Assembly (NCBI GenBank): GCA_018822435.1
Contig: JAHJKD010000003.1
Location: forward strand, 1,208 to 65,207
DNA length: 64,000 bases
Reading direction: 5' to 3'
Source of the DNA: Patescibacteria group bacterium
GTDB taxonomy: Bacteria; Patescibacteriota; Patescibacteriia; UBA9570; JAHJKD01
Position 1 is the first letter of the stretch, and every line of letters begins with the position of its first letter. Shown here in pieces: positions 43,725 through 54,163 of this stretch. A program made the position numbers and the translations under genes. The notes under the pieces were generated by a model. The model saw only the letters and a program-made list of their open reading frames with translations. It was not told the DNA's origin and did not search any database.

Positions 43725-45435
43725 CTTTTAATCTTTTTATAAATTTGGCTTTTGACATTTTAACAACTTCTTTTTTCCCACGGATACGGACATGCAGATC
43801 TTTTGACTCCATTTCTTTGTCACCAATTACCAACATATAAGGAATTTTTTGTTTTTCCGCCAGCCTGATTTTATTGCCGACAGTTTCGTTTTCCAATTGC
43901 AATTCAACTCTCAAGCCGTCCGCTTCAAATTCTTTGGCTAGTTTTTCACAGAATTTATTATGATCAGATCCGACTGAGGCGATGGAAATATGCACTGGCG
44001 CCAGCCAAAGCGGGAAGTCACCGGCATAATTTTCAATTAAAATGCCCAAGAACCTTTCTATGCCTCCAAGGACAGTACGATGGATCATTAATGGCCGTTC
44101 TTTTTTGCCTTTTTTGTTTATATATTCTATGTCGAATCTTTCTGTCAAATTGAAGTCAACCTGGATGGTGCCTGTCTGCCATGTGCGCCCGAGGGCATCG
44201 GCATTATGAAAATCTATTTTAGGGCCATAAAAAGCGCCGTCACCCGCATTGATTTTATAATCAACTTTTAATTCTTTCAGAACTTCTTCCATTTGTTTTT
44301 CCATTTTTTCCCAGGCTAATTTTTCACCAATGAATTTTTTTGGCCGAGTGGAAAGCTCTACATGATATTCTAGCTCAAAAACTTCATATATCTCTTTATA
44401 TAATTTAAACATGGATTTTAATTCAGCCTTTAATTGAGATGGTTCCAGATAAATATGAGCGTCATCTTGAGTGAATTGCCTGACTCGAAATAATCCGGCC
44501 AGGACCCCGGATTTTTCATGGCGATGGACTAACCCTAGTTCAGCAATGCGCAAAGGAAATTCTCGGTAAGAATGGGATTTTTCTTTATAAAATAATAAAC
44601 CACCGGGACAGTTCATGGGTTTGATGCCCCAAGTCTGGCCTTCCACTTCAGTGAAATACATATTTTCTTTATAGTTATCAAGATGGCCGGAAATTTTCCA
44701 AAGTTCTGACGTTAAAATTTGTGGGGTACGAATTTCTTTGTAACCAGCTCCATGATGCACTTGACGCCAATATTTGATTATTTCTTCCCAGATAGTCATG
44801 CCTTTGGGATGTATAAAGACCATGCCTGGGGCTTCTGGATGAAAAGAGAATAAATCCAGTTCTTTGCCGATTTTGCGATGGTCTCTTTTTTCCGCTTCTT
44901 CTATTTTTTCTAAATAATCATCTAGTTGTTCTTTGTTTTCAAAACCGACACCGTAAATGCGTTGGAGCATTTTATTCTTTTCATCACCGCGCCAATAAGC
45001 GCCGGCAATTTTGGTGAGCTTAAATGCTTTAAAAGGGATTTCTTTAGAAGATCTTACATGAGGACCGGCACATAGATCAATAAATTCTCCTGATGCATAA
45101 AAAGTGACTTTTTTTTCACCATCTTTTTTCAAGCCTTCTATCAGTTCTTTCTTATAAGGCTGGCCTTTAACTTTCTTCAATGCATCAGTAATGGTTGCTT
45201 CTTCTTTTTTGAATTCAATGTTCCGGGCAATCGATTTTTTCATCTGTTTTTCTATTTTTTTGAGGTCCTGAGGGACAAGAGGGCGATCCAGTTCAAAATC
45301 ATAATAAAAGCCATTTTCAATAGTAGGACCAATACCGAGCTTGGCTTCTGGAAACTGTTTTAAAACAGCGTCAGCCATTACATGGGATAAGGAATGGCGT
45401 ATTTTTTCCAGTTGTTTTTCGTTATTGTCTTTCAT
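43690..45435 (-). CDS. thrS: Threonyl-tRNA synthetase (lacks the N-terminal TGS domain)
   Basis: Second additional (editing-like) domain HSLSHVMA. Class II motifs FRVRQFTQDDAHIY and GxER (GGIERF). C-terminal anticodon-binding domain. Confidence 0.85.
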   Translation of the reverse strand: MKDNNEKQLEKIRHSLSHVMADAVLKQFPEAKLGIGPTIENGFYYDFELDRPLVPQDLKKIEKQMKKSIARNIEFKKEEATITDALKKVKGQPYKKELIEGLKKDGEKKVTFYASGEFIDLCAGPHVRSSKEIPFKAFKLTKIAGAYWRGDEKNKMLQRIYGVGFENKEQLDDYLEKIEEAEKRDHRKIGKELDLFSFHPEAPGMVFIHPKGMTIWEEIIKYWRQVHHGAGYKEIRTPQILTSELWKISGHLDNYKENMYFTEVEGQTWGIKPMNCPGGLLFYKEKSHSYREFPLRIAELGLVHRHEKSGVLAGLFRVRQFTQDDAHIYLEPSQLKAELKSMFKLYKEIYEVFELEYHVELSTRPKKFIGEKLAWEKMEKQMEEVLKELKVDYKINAGDGAFYGPKIDFHNADALGRTWQTGTIQVDFNLTERFDIEYINKKGKKERPLMIHRTVLGGIERFLGILIENYAGDFPLWLAPVHISIASVGSDHNKFCEKLAKEFEADGLRVELQLENETVGNKIRLAEKQKIPYMLVIGDKEMESKDLHVRIRGKKEVVKMSKAKFIKRLKDEIGSKSSKLA

Positions 45436-45446
45436 ATATTTTTAGA

Positions 45447-45482
45447 TTTTGTAGTGGCACAGCGTGCTGTGCCACTACAAAA
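45447..45482. repeat. Palindrome of the TTTTGTAG...CTACAAAA family (terminator-like)
   Basis: TTTTGTAGTGGCACAGC-GT-GCTGTGCCACTACAAAA at the 3' end of gene 45494..46621. Confidence 0.55.
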
Positions 45483-45493
45483 TAATAATTTGA

Positions 45494-46621
45494 TTAAGTT
45501 TGGAGATCTCGAATTTCAAAATCAATCTGGTTTTCCATGAGTGGTGATGTCTGTACCCAGAAAGGAGAGAAGTCAACTTCCACCTGATCGATTTCAGCAA
45601 AGTTGTTAAAATATTTTTTTATGGAATTTTTTGTTTTATTGGTGATATTGCTTTTATCTAAAATTGAATTTTTTCCATTAATTTGTTTGGTGCCGTGGAC
45701 TGTAATTTTAATAACAGCATTTTTACCATCTTCGTCTATGCTTAAGACGGCATATTCGATGTTGTCCATGGCTGGAGATGTTACAAGGGTAGTACCAAGG
45801 TCTAAATTTTCTTCTAATTTTTTCGTGGCTACTTCCAGGAATTTTTTTTCATTGAAACTTATATTGGAGACTTTAATTTTTTCATAAACTTCTAATGAAC
45901 TGACTTCATCACCAACTTCATGGCTGACATCTGACTCTACTATTCTTTTTTCAACAGTATTTTCTTTTATATTATCTGGATGTTCCGCTTCAGCCTTTAA
46001 ATTTTCAATGGCTTCATCAGCTAGCTGCTTAGATAATTCTTCGGATGCTTTTTTAATATCATCTTCAGTAACAATAGCAACTTCCGTCGTGCCGCCTGTC
46101 ATGGCTTGAGTGCTTTCTCCATAAATAGATTGTTTTTTTGCGGCGTTAAGAGCGACTACTTCGAATGTGGACGGGCCAATATCTCCTTCAGTGCCTGTGA
46201 CGTCAGCCAAGACATTAACATCAACACTGCCGCCAGCCGGAGCATTTATATTTTCCTGAGTTCGGAAAAGGACGCCCTCCTTGGAAAGTAGGCGAGTGGT
46301 GGCCACCATAGGCTGATCAGCGGAATAGTTATTGAAAATCGTTACAATTCCACTTGCTCTGCCCTCACCCTCTATAATAGTAGTTTCTTTGAAGCCGGTA
46401 TAAATTTTTGTGCCTTCTACTTCAGTTTCTGATATTTCACCATCCAGATCGTTAAGAGTGACCTGAAAAGAGGCGGTTTCTTCAATTTGAGCCGGGTAAA
46501 TAATAATTTTAGTCTGAGCAAAGGCAAAATAGCCGACAAAAAGCACAAGAACAATACTGAGGCTGATAAAACCCCAGACTATTTTATTGTATTTTTTACT
46601 AATTTTACCCTTTTTTAACAT
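45494..46621 (-). CDS. Hypothetical membrane-anchored extracytoplasmic protein
   Basis: N-terminal TM helix (IVWGFISLSIVLVLFVGYFAFA). Ser/Thr/Glu-rich ectodomain with no known motif. Confidence 0.4.
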   Translation of the reverse strand: MLKKGKISKKYNKIVWGFISLSIVLVLFVGYFAFAQTKIIIYPAQIEETASFQVTLNDLDGEISETEVEGTKIYTGFKETTIIEGEGRASGIVTIFNNYSADQPMVATTRLLSKEGVLFRTQENINAPAGGSVDVNVLADVTGTEGDIGPSTFEVVALNAAKKQSIYGESTQAMTGGTTEVAIVTEDDIKKASEELSKQLADEAIENLKAEAEHPDNIKENTVEKRIVESDVSHEVGDEVSSLEVYEKIKVSNISFNEKKFLEVATKKLEENLDLGTTLVTSPAMDNIEYAVLSIDEDGKNAVIKITVHGTKQINGKNSILDKSNITNKTKNSIKKYFNNFAEIDQVEVDFSPFWVQTSPLMENQIDFEIRDLQT

Positions 46622-46628
46622 ATGAAAA

Positions 46629-49600
46629 TTATACCAGAATTACCGAATCTTGGCCAAGCAAACGATTTATGTCAGAAATTACGTCCTGGGATGATCTAAT
46701 ATTTGTATTTATCTCTTTTCCATCAACATTTAAATATACGGCGTAATTCCCCTTATTTTTAATAAGTAAATTGCGTATTTCGTTAAAAAGCTGTTTTTTT
46801 ACTCGGCTAGGCATAGTAATAAGTAATTTTGTGGCCATGGCCTGATCAGGATTAAATATGTCAGCCTGTTCCACAATTAGTTTAAGATCTCCTTCTTTGG
46901 CATCTAATTTGCCTTTTAGTTCGAGAATATTACCACTTTCCCAATAAGCCGGATATTCTTCTAAAGTCTTTGGGAAAACTATGGCTTCTATTTCTTTATA
47001 CTGATCCTCAATTGTAACAAATAACATAGGATCGCCTTTGCGCGTAAATATTTTTTTACTGGTGGTAACGACCGCGATAATATTAATGGACTCGTCGCCC
47101 AGATATTTAGGCAATTCAGAAAAAGGTATGGATCGATCTGCCAATATTTCCTTGTACTCGTTAAGGGGATGGTCAGAAATATAAAGGCCAAGTAATTCTT
47201 TTTCCCAGCCTAATTTAATTTTTGACTCAACTTCAGGCGCCTCTGCTAATCGAAGTTTAGGCAGATTATCAACCGGGAACTGGCCAAATAAATTTGTCTG
47301 GCCAGAAGCAGCTTCGTCTTTGGCGTTTTTAGAAAAGGCCAGTAAAGATTCGATATTCGATAACATCATATTTCTTTCGCCGAATTCGTCCAGGGCGCCG
47401 GTTTTTATTAATGATTCTAAAGATTTTTTATTCAAATCTTTGTCTTGTACCCTGGTAAGAAAGTCTTCTAAGTTATTGTAGGGGCCATTTTCTCTTCTTT
47501 CTGCAATTATAACTGATATTACATTGGCACCGACATTTTTAATGGCTGATAATCCAAAACGGATGCGGGGATTTTTTTCCTGCAGGCTTTCTTTAACAAC
47601 CGTGAATGTAGAGAAAGATTCATTGATAGAGGGCGGCATTACATTAATGCCCATATCTTCAGTCTCTGAAACTTCAATCGCGATACGATCTGTATCACCA
47701 TGATCACTGGTGAGTAAGGCAGCCATGAATTGGGCGGGATAATTTGCTTTTAGATAAGCGGTCTGGTAAGCGATCATGGCATAGCAGGCACCATGAGAAC
47801 GGTTAAAGCCGTAGCCGGCAAATGGTTCAATAAATTCAAAAACTTTTTCTGCGACTTTTTTTGAAACACCGTTCTTGACTGAGCCAGCAATAAATTTTTC
47901 TTTTTGTTCGGCCAGCAGTTTTGGAATTTTTTTAGCCACCGCTTTTCTAAGTACGTCAGCCTCACCCAAAGAGTAACCAGCCAGATCCTGCGCAATTTTC
48001 ATGACCTGTTCCTGATAAATGGCGACGCCAAAGGTTTTTTCCAAAATTGGTTTTAAGGAGGGATGCAGATAATAAGTTTGTTTCAGACCTTTTTTGCCTT
48101 TGATGTAATCAGGGATCCATTCCATAGGACCAGGACGATAAAGGGAAACCATCGCAATAATATCTTCGAAATCGGTCGGTTTGAGGTCTCTTAAATATCT
48201 TTTCATGCCAGATGATTCCAACTGAAATACTCCGGTAGTAGCCGCTTTTTGAAGCAACTCAAAGGTCAATTTATCCTCAAGTGGAATTTGATCTATGTCG
48301 ATTTTTTCACCAATAGTTTTTTCCACGATGCTCAAAGTGTTTTCAATGATAGTTAGGTTTTTTAAACCTAAAAAGTCCATCTTGAGAAGACCAAGGTCTT
48401 CAACCGGATGAAGTGAGTACTGGGTAGTAATAGCCTGATCATCCTGAGAAGGGTATTGCAGAGGGACTAGTTTAGTCAGGGGTTCTTTTGTAATAACAAC
48501 TCCGCAAGCGTGGGTGGAAGAATGCCTGGCTACGCCCTCTAATTTTTTAGATAAATCTAAAAGTCTGGTGGCGTCTGGATCGTCTCTATATATTTCTTTT
48601 AATTCAGGGACTTTTTTTAAGGCTTGATCAAGGGTGGTGAACATCGGAATTAATTTGGCAATCTGGTCACAATAGCTATAGGAAACGCCAAGGACACGGC
48701 CAACATCTCTTACGGCTGCGCGGGCAGCCATGGTTCCGAATGTTATTATCTGGGCGACTTTGTCTTTGCCATATTTTGATTCTACATAACGGATAACTTC
48801 GTCGCGCCGGGTATCAGCAAAATCAAGATCGATATCAGGCATGGAAACTCTTTCCGGATTCAAGAACCTCTCAAATAAAAGCTCATATTTTATCGGATCA
48901 ATATTAGTGATACCGGTTAGGAAAGCAACAATAGAGCCGGCGGCTGAGCCACGGCCCGGCCCGACCACAATGCCTTGTTCTTTGGCCCAGTTTACAAAGT
49001 CAGCGACGATCAGAAAGTAAGAAGCAAAGCCTGTATTTTTAATAACATCAAGTTCATAGTCCATCCTTTTTTTTATTTCATCCGTGATATTTTGGCCGTA
49101 TCTTTTTTCCAAGCCCTTAAAACAAATATTACGAAGTTGTTCATCCGGGGTAATGCCTTCAGGTAATTCAAAGTGGGGGAGCTGGATCTTGCCAAGTTCG
49201 ATTTCCAGATTGCATTTGTCGGCAACCTCCTCCGTGTTTTTAACAGCGTCAGGCATATCCTTGAACCATTCTTCCATTTCTTTTTTAGTCTTCATGGAAA
49301 AATCTTCACCCACCATTGACAGACGATCCTTGTCGTCCAGTTTTTTCTTGGTCTGGATGCAGACAAGGGCATCCTGGGCAGCGTCATCTTCTGGATCAAG
49401 ATAATGGACATCGTTGGTAGCAATAAGTTTCAGATCCATTTCTTCGGCTAGTTCTTTTAAGATTGAATTTACTTTTTCTTGCTTATCAATTGATGGGTTA
49501 TGCTGAACTTCCAAATAGAAATCTTCTTTAGGAAAAACTTCTAAATATTTATTGATTGCTTCCCTGGCTTTTTCTTTGCCATGAGCAATAATAGTTTTTG

Positions 49601-50081
49601 GTATTTCACCTTGAAGACAAGCCGTGGATGCAATTAGTCCTTCAGAGTGTTCTTTTAATATTTCCAGGTCAATACGCGGTTTATAATAAAACCCCTCAAG
49701 GTGCGCAATCGTGCTTAGTTTAAGGAGGTTTTCATAACCAGTTTGATTTTTGGCAAGGAGAATTAGATGAAACGGTCCTTCATCGACTTTCGGACGTTTG
49801 TTATGAAGCCCGTTCGGAGCCACATAAGCTTCTATGCCGATGATAGGTTTTATGCCGGCATCTTTACAGGCTTCATAAAATTCAATGATGCCGTACATGA
49901 CGCCATGGTCAGTCAGGGCTAAAGACTTCATGCGGTTTTTTTTGGCACGCTTGACCAGCTCGTCTATCTTGGACAGGCCGTCCAATAAACTGTAGTGGCT
50001 ATGGGTGTGAAGATGGGTAAAATTCATGAAAAAATAATTTGAGTGTTTAAATATTTTACTAGATTTACTGGTTTTTGGCAA
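46629..50081 (-). CDS. dnaE: DNA polymerase III alpha subunit DnaE
   Basis: N-terminal PHP domain (HLHTHSHYSLLDG), polymerase core, fingers and OB domain. 1150 aa. Confidence 0.9.
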   Translation of the reverse strand: MPKTSKSSKIFKHSNYFFMNFTHLHTHSHYSLLDGLSKIDELVKRAKKNRMKSLALTDHGVMYGIIEFYEACKDAGIKPIIGIEAYVAPNGLHNKRPKVDEGPFHLILLAKNQTGYENLLKLSTIAHLEGFYYKPRIDLEILKEHSEGLIASTACLQGEIPKTIIAHGKEKAREAINKYLEVFPKEDFYLEVQHNPSIDKQEKVNSILKELAEEMDLKLIATNDVHYLDPEDDAAQDALVCIQTKKKLDDKDRLSMVGEDFSMKTKKEMEEWFKDMPDAVKNTEEVADKCNLEIELGKIQLPHFELPEGITPDEQLRNICFKGLEKRYGQNITDEIKKRMDYELDVIKNTGFASYFLIVADFVNWAKEQGIVVGPGRGSAAGSIVAFLTGITNIDPIKYELLFERFLNPERVSMPDIDLDFADTRRDEVIRYVESKYGKDKVAQIITFGTMAARAAVRDVGRVLGVSYSYCDQIAKLIPMFTTLDQALKKVPELKEIYRDDPDATRLLDLSKKLEGVARHSSTHACGVVITKEPLTKLVPLQYPSQDDQAITTQYSLHPVEDLGLLKMDFLGLKNLTIIENTLSIVEKTIGEKIDIDQIPLEDKLTFELLQKAATTGVFQLESSGMKRYLRDLKPTDFEDIIAMVSLYRPGPMEWIPDYIKGKKGLKQTYYLHPSLKPILEKTFGVAIYQEQVMKIAQDLAGYSLGEADVLRKAVAKKIPKLLAEQKEKFIAGSVKNGVSKKVAEKVFEFIEPFAGYGFNRSHGACYAMIAYQTAYLKANYPAQFMAALLTSDHGDTDRIAIEVSETEDMGINVMPPSINESFSTFTVVKESLQEKNPRIRFGLSAIKNVGANVISVIIAERRENGPYNNLEDFLTRVQDKDLNKKSLESLIKTGALDEFGERNMMLSNIESLLAFSKNAKDEAASGQTNLFGQFPVDNLPKLRLAEAPEVESKIKLGWEKELLGLYISDHPLNEYKEILADRSIPFSELPKYLGDESINIIAVVTTSKKIFTRKGDPMLFVTIEDQYKEIEAIVFPKTLEEYPAYWESGNILELKGKLDAKEGDLKLIVEQADIFNPDQAMATKLLITMPSRVKKQLFNEIRNLLIKNKGNYAVYLNVDGKEINTNIRSSQDVISDINRLLGQDSVILV

Positions 50082-50135
50082 GATGAAAAAAGCATGATAT
50101 AATGAGGTAAATTAAAAAAAATTAAATTACTAATT

Positions 50136-50585
50136 ATGCCTCCAACAAAACCGAGAAAGCCAGTCGAACCAAAAAAATGCGGACACAATTGGGTCTGGAT
50201 TGTTCTCTATATGGTAATTGTTTTGGCCATTATTTTAGGCGGAACAAAAATTGCCTTGGTACAGTACAATTATGACAAAGCCATGGACGACGGCACCTAT
50301 CAAGCCGTATTCCTGACAAACGGCCAAGTTTACTTTGGTCAGCTAGAAAGTTTAGGTTTTGGCACTATGCAGCTTAAAGACGTTTATTACTTGCAGGTTA
50401 GTGAAGATGAAGAAGCAGAAGCAGAAGCAGAAGCAGCCAACCAAAATTTTACGTTAGTAAAATTGGGCGATGAATTGCATGGACCGACCTCTGATATGGT
50501 GATAAATAAGAAACAGATCTTATTCTGGGAAAATTTAAGGCAAGACTCTCCTGTATTAGAGACTATTCAAGGCGGAGGACAATAA
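50136..50585 (+). CDS. Hypothetical membrane-anchored protein with acidic EAEAEAEA tract
   Basis: One TM helix. No known motifs. Confidence 0.35.
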   Translation: MPPTKPRKPVEPKKCGHNWVWIVLYMVIVLAIILGGTKIALVQYNYDKAMDDGTYQAVFLTNGQVYFGQLESLGFGTMQLKDVYYLQVSEDEEAEAEAEAANQNFTLVKLGDELHGPTSDMVINKKQILFWENLRQDSPVLETIQGGGQ

Positions 50586-50599
50586 AATATTAGATTAAT

Positions 50600-50637
50600 A
50601 AAAAGTAGAGACGTAAAATTTTACGTCTCTACTTTTT
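50600..50637. repeat. Perfect 19-bp-stem palindrome of the same family, acting as a bidirectional terminator
   Basis: AAAAAGTAGAGACGTAAAA / TTTTACGTCTCTACTTTTT. Shares the GTAGAGACG core with 40515..40550. Lies between convergent genes. Confidence 0.6.
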
Positions 50638-50653
50638 GATTTAAAGAAAGAAT

Positions 50654-50926
50654 TTATTTTTCTTTTTTATCCTGAACAAATTCAACGATGCTTTTAACTT
50701 CTTTGGCCACAAAAGCAATGGAATTTGCAGAAGAAGAAACTTTGTCCTTAATACTGTTGATGGCTTCTTCGAGTTCGGCTAGTTTTTCCCGAACTTCAGT
50801 GAGAATCTCATTGGACTGTTTCATTACTTGGGCCAAATAGTACATAATCCAGACTAGAAAACCCGTAAATACTAAGGCGCAAATAGAAACAGTCAGATAC
50901 AAAATGTTATGAGCTTGATCAAGCAT
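50654..50926 (-). CDS. Small membrane-anchored coiled-coil protein (DUF948-like)
   Basis: 90 aa with an N-terminal TM helix and a C-terminal amphipathic helix. Confidence 0.35.
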   Translation of the reverse strand: MLDQAHNILYLTVSICALVFTGFLVWIMYYLAQVMKQSNEILTEVREKLAELEEAINSIKDKVSSSANSIAFVAKEVKSIVEFVQDKKEK

Positions 50927-51004
50927 ATATTTATTTTAATTTTAACTCCTGGGAAAATTATACCATAGTTTACTTCAAAGGCCAAATATTGTATTATATA
51001 GAAT

Positions 51005-51835
51005 ATGGCTGATAAAATGGGTAATACACAATTTAAATTTGGTTATTGGTGGGTTAACAATAAGACCAAAATTCAAAAATATATTAAATATTTACTATTT
51101 GTAATTGTCGGGATTTTAAGTGTGATTTTTCTTTTATATCTACTTCAGTATATTGTTAATTTCAATCAAGCAAACCAGTATATGTCACAAATATCCGGCC
51201 AGGAGGTTAATTACGGGGGAACTTCTCAGCCTTCTGCGATTGAACAGGGAAATTCATATAGCTTTTCTGCTGGTAAGGATAAAGCCGATTTAATGGGATT
51301 CATAACAAACCCGAATCCGGATTGGTCGGCTAAAACTCTCTTTTATACCTTTACAGGCAGTGGCGGAACGACCCAACCAGTCGAATCATTCATTTTACCC
51401 GGAGAAACGAAAACATTAACTGATTTAGGAGTCCCAAATTCAGGTACAGGGACAAGTAAACCAAAAATAGTTATTTCAGATATAAAATGGCTAAAAGCAA
51501 AAACTGACATGCCGGAATTGATTTTTGAATTCAATGACCTTAAATATCAAACTGCAGAACCTGTCTCCGGTGATGATTCAGCCGGATCAATCGTGTCTGG
51601 AACAGTAATAAATAAAAGTGCTTTCGGATTCTATGAAACAAAAGTTACAGTAGTGTTAACTTATAGCAATGCTCCGGTTGGCGTGGGAGTTACCAGAATT
51701 AATGATTTCAAATCTTTTGAAGAAAGACCCATCGAATTAAGGTTCCCTGACCGTTATCCCATCGGTGTTGACATGGAACCTGAAATTGAGGTAAACATAT
51801 TGGACGAGGATAACCTCATTTATCCCGGCCAATAA
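51005..51835 (+). CDS. Hypothetical membrane-anchored protein
   Basis: N-terminal TM helix and extracytoplasmic beta-rich domain. Confidence 0.35.
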   Translation: MADKMGNTQFKFGYWWVNNKTKIQKYIKYLLFVIVGILSVIFLLYLLQYIVNFNQANQYMSQISGQEVNYGGTSQPSAIEQGNSYSFSAGKDKADLMGFITNPNPDWSAKTLFYTFTGSGGTTQPVESFILPGETKTLTDLGVPNSGTGTSKPKIVISDIKWLKAKTDMPELIFEFNDLKYQTAEPVSGDDSAGSIVSGTVINKSAFGFYETKVTVVLTYSNAPVGVGVTRINDFKSFEERPIELRFPDRYPIGVDMEPEIEVNILDEDNLIYPGQ

Positions 51836-51838
51836 ATT

Positions 51839-52945
51839 ATGGGTTTAAAACAATATTTTAGCTTAATTAAGCAATATGATTGGTGGATTTTCGGCCTTGT
51901 TTTGTTATTGATTACTTTTGGCTTAGTTATCATATATTCTATTGGCACAAACGCTGAAATTCCCGATTTGAGCCGTTTTAATAAACAGCTTATTTTTTTT
52001 GGCATTGGTTTCATTGCCATGATTTTGTTTAGTCTGGTTGATTATCGGATGTTGTCTTCTTATGCTTATGTTTTTTATATAGTCGGGTTTATTATATTAG
52101 TTTTATTATTAATTTTTGGAACGACTATTCGCGGAACAACAGGTTGGTTCGTACTCGGAGGAATCAGCATACAGCCGGTGGAATTTGTGAAGTTATTGTT
52201 TGTAATATTTATGGCGCGATTTTTTTCAGACAAAGCCCTGCAAATGGATCAATGGAAAAATATCGGCCTGTCCGCCGTATTTACAGGTAGTATGGTTGGT
52301 TTGGTTATGCTGCAACCTGATTTAGGTTCGGCGTTAATATTTATTGCGATTTGGCTGGGCTTATTATTGATGCAGAAAGTCAAGTGGTATAAATTAGTGA
52401 TTATATTTTTAATTCTTATAATGATTGCGACTTCAGGCTGGCTTTTTTTCTTGGAAGATTATCAAAAGCAAAGGATCATGACTTTTATTGATCCGGCCCT
52501 AGATCCATTGGGAACTGGTTATAATGTAACCCAGTCAATTATTGCAGTTGGATCCGGCCGATTACTGGGCAGAGGTCTTGGATTGGGGCCGCAAAGCCAA
52601 TTGGAATTTTTACCAGAAAGTGAAGCTGATTTTATTTTTGCGGTAATTGCGGAAGAACTGGGATTTTTAGGAGCTGGTTTTGTTTTACTCTTGTTTTGTT
52701 TCTTATTTTATAGGATTTGGCGCATAATCAGAGGAACAACTGATGATTTTGCGGTTATGTTAGGATCCGGTATTTTTATTATATTTTTAACGCAAACTCT
52801 TATCAATATAGGTATGAATTTAGGTTTGATGCCGGTTACAGGTCTGCCTCTTCCCTTTATTTCAGCGGGTGGTTCATCTCTTATTGTTTCTTTATCTTTA
52901 ATCGGAATATTACAAAGTATTCGAATCCGGGAGAATTTGACATAA
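51839..52945 (+). CDS. SEDS-family peptidoglycan polymerase (FtsW/RodA/SpoVE)
   Basis: About 10 TM helices with conserved SEDS motifs, including the PLPFISAGGSSL region. Confidence 0.8.
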   Translation: MGLKQYFSLIKQYDWWIFGLVLLLITFGLVIIYSIGTNAEIPDLSRFNKQLIFFGIGFIAMILFSLVDYRMLSSYAYVFYIVGFIILVLLLIFGTTIRGTTGWFVLGGISIQPVEFVKLLFVIFMARFFSDKALQMDQWKNIGLSAVFTGSMVGLVMLQPDLGSALIFIAIWLGLLLMQKVKWYKLVIIFLILIMIATSGWLFFLEDYQKQRIMTFIDPALDPLGTGYNVTQSIIAVGSGRLLGRGLGLGPQSQLEFLPESEADFIFAVIAEELGFLGAGFVLLLFCFLFYRIWRIIRGTTDDFAVMLGSGIFIIFLTQTLINIGMNLGLMPVTGLPLPFISAGGSSLIVSLSLIGILQSIRIRENLT

Positions 52946-52977
52946 AAAAGGTTTTAAACTATAATAATCCTTGAATT

Positions 52978-53307
52978 ATGCAAAAAAAATCGGGAAAATT
53001 CATACCATTTATTAGGCAGGAAGCACTGAGAAAGCTGATTTCTCAGTGTCCGATTTGTAACGCTAAAAATTCAACCTTTAATATCAAAGTGCTTGATGAA
53101 AAAGAAGACGCACAACTTACCTATATAAGATGTAGGCAGTGCGGTGGCCGTTTAATGGCTTTAATAATGGCTAATGGACCAATAGTAAGCTCGATCGGGT
53201 TGATTACTGACTTGAATGAGGACGATATTATAAGATTTAGAGATTCCGGACCAGTGACTGAAGACGATCTTTTGAAACTGCATGAAAATTTAAAAGGGAG
53301 GATTTAA
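52978..53307 (+). CDS. Small zinc-ribbon protein (hypothetical)
   Basis: CPICNAK...CRQCGG forms a CxxC...CxxC zinc ribbon. Confidence 0.35.
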   Translation: MQKKSGKFIPFIRQEALRKLISQCPICNAKNSTFNIKVLDEKEDAQLTYIRCRQCGGRLMALIMANGPIVSSIGLITDLNEDDIIRFRDSGPVTEDDLLKLHENLKGRI

Positions 53308-53350
53308 TAATTATTTCCTAGTTTTTAATAATTAATCGGGAATTTTTTTT

Positions 53351-54070
53351 ATGGAAGAGAAATTTGAACTTAAAGCTGAAAGCAGGGAGGGTAAACGCGA
53401 AGATGGCTTTATTCCAGGAGTTTATTACGGACCTGGCGTAGAAAATAAAAATATTAGGGTGGATGAAAAAGCTTTTAAAGCGATATTAGTGGATGCTACG
53501 AGAAGTACTTTGATTGATTTTTTTGTCGATGGCAAACAGACCGGTAAAGTATTGATAAAAGAGGTGCAACGTAATCCGCTTACAACTGAACCAACGCATG
53601 TTGATTTTTACCAAGTTAACATGGATAATCCGATTAATGCGGAAATGGAACTCATTTTTATCGGCGAATCACCAGCCGAAAAAGAGATGGGCGGTATTTT
53701 AGTTACTAATAAAGACAAACTGAACATCAAATGTTTGCCAGCTGATCTTATTTCAAAAGCGGAAGTTGACATTACTCCTTTAAAAACTTTTGATGATTCT
53801 ATTAAAGTAAAGGATATATCCATCCCGGAAAAGATTGAAGTCTTAGATGGAATGGATGATATCGTAGCCTTAGTGTCTCCTCCAAGGACAGAAGAAGAGT
53901 TAAAAGCTCTGGAAGAAGCACCAGAAGAAGAAGCGGCTGATGTTGAAGTTGTTGGTGAAAAAGAAAAAGAAGATGCTGCCGAAGGAGAAGATTCTGCTAC
54001 GCCAGAGGCTTCGCAGGAATCTTCTGAAGAAGGCAAAAAACAAGAAGAGAAAAAAGAAGAAAAGAAATAA
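53351..54070 (+). CDS. rplY: 50S ribosomal protein L25 / general stress protein Ctc form, with acidic C-terminal extension
   Basis: N-terminal L25 beta-barrel domain (REGKREDGFIPGVYYG). Ctc-type C-terminal domain with an EEK-rich tail. Confidence 0.7.
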   Translation: MEEKFELKAESREGKREDGFIPGVYYGPGVENKNIRVDEKAFKAILVDATRSTLIDFFVDGKQTGKVLIKEVQRNPLTTEPTHVDFYQVNMDNPINAEMELIFIGESPAEKEMGGILVTNKDKLNIKCLPADLISKAEVDITPLKTFDDSIKVKDISIPEKIEVLDGMDDIVALVSPPRTEEELKALEEAPEEEAADVEVVGEKEKEDAAEGEDSATPEASQESSEEGKKQEEKKEEKK

Positions 54071-54083
54071 TCCTTCGATACAA

Positions 54084-54163
54084 TTTTGCTCTACTTTGCC
54101 CTTCGGGCTTCGTAGGAGCAAAATCACTCAGGATTAATCAATAAAGCGAAGCCCTGAGTGATT
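54084..54163. other. Cluster of two stable hairpins downstream of rplY (terminator or small RNA candidate)
   Basis: ATTTTGCTCTAC-[GCCCTTCGGGC]-GTAGGAGCAAAAT and AATCACTCAGG-(20-nt loop)-CCTGAGTGATT. Followed by CGAGCGAAGCGAG, a 13-mer that also occurs at 8352..8364. Confidence 0.4.
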
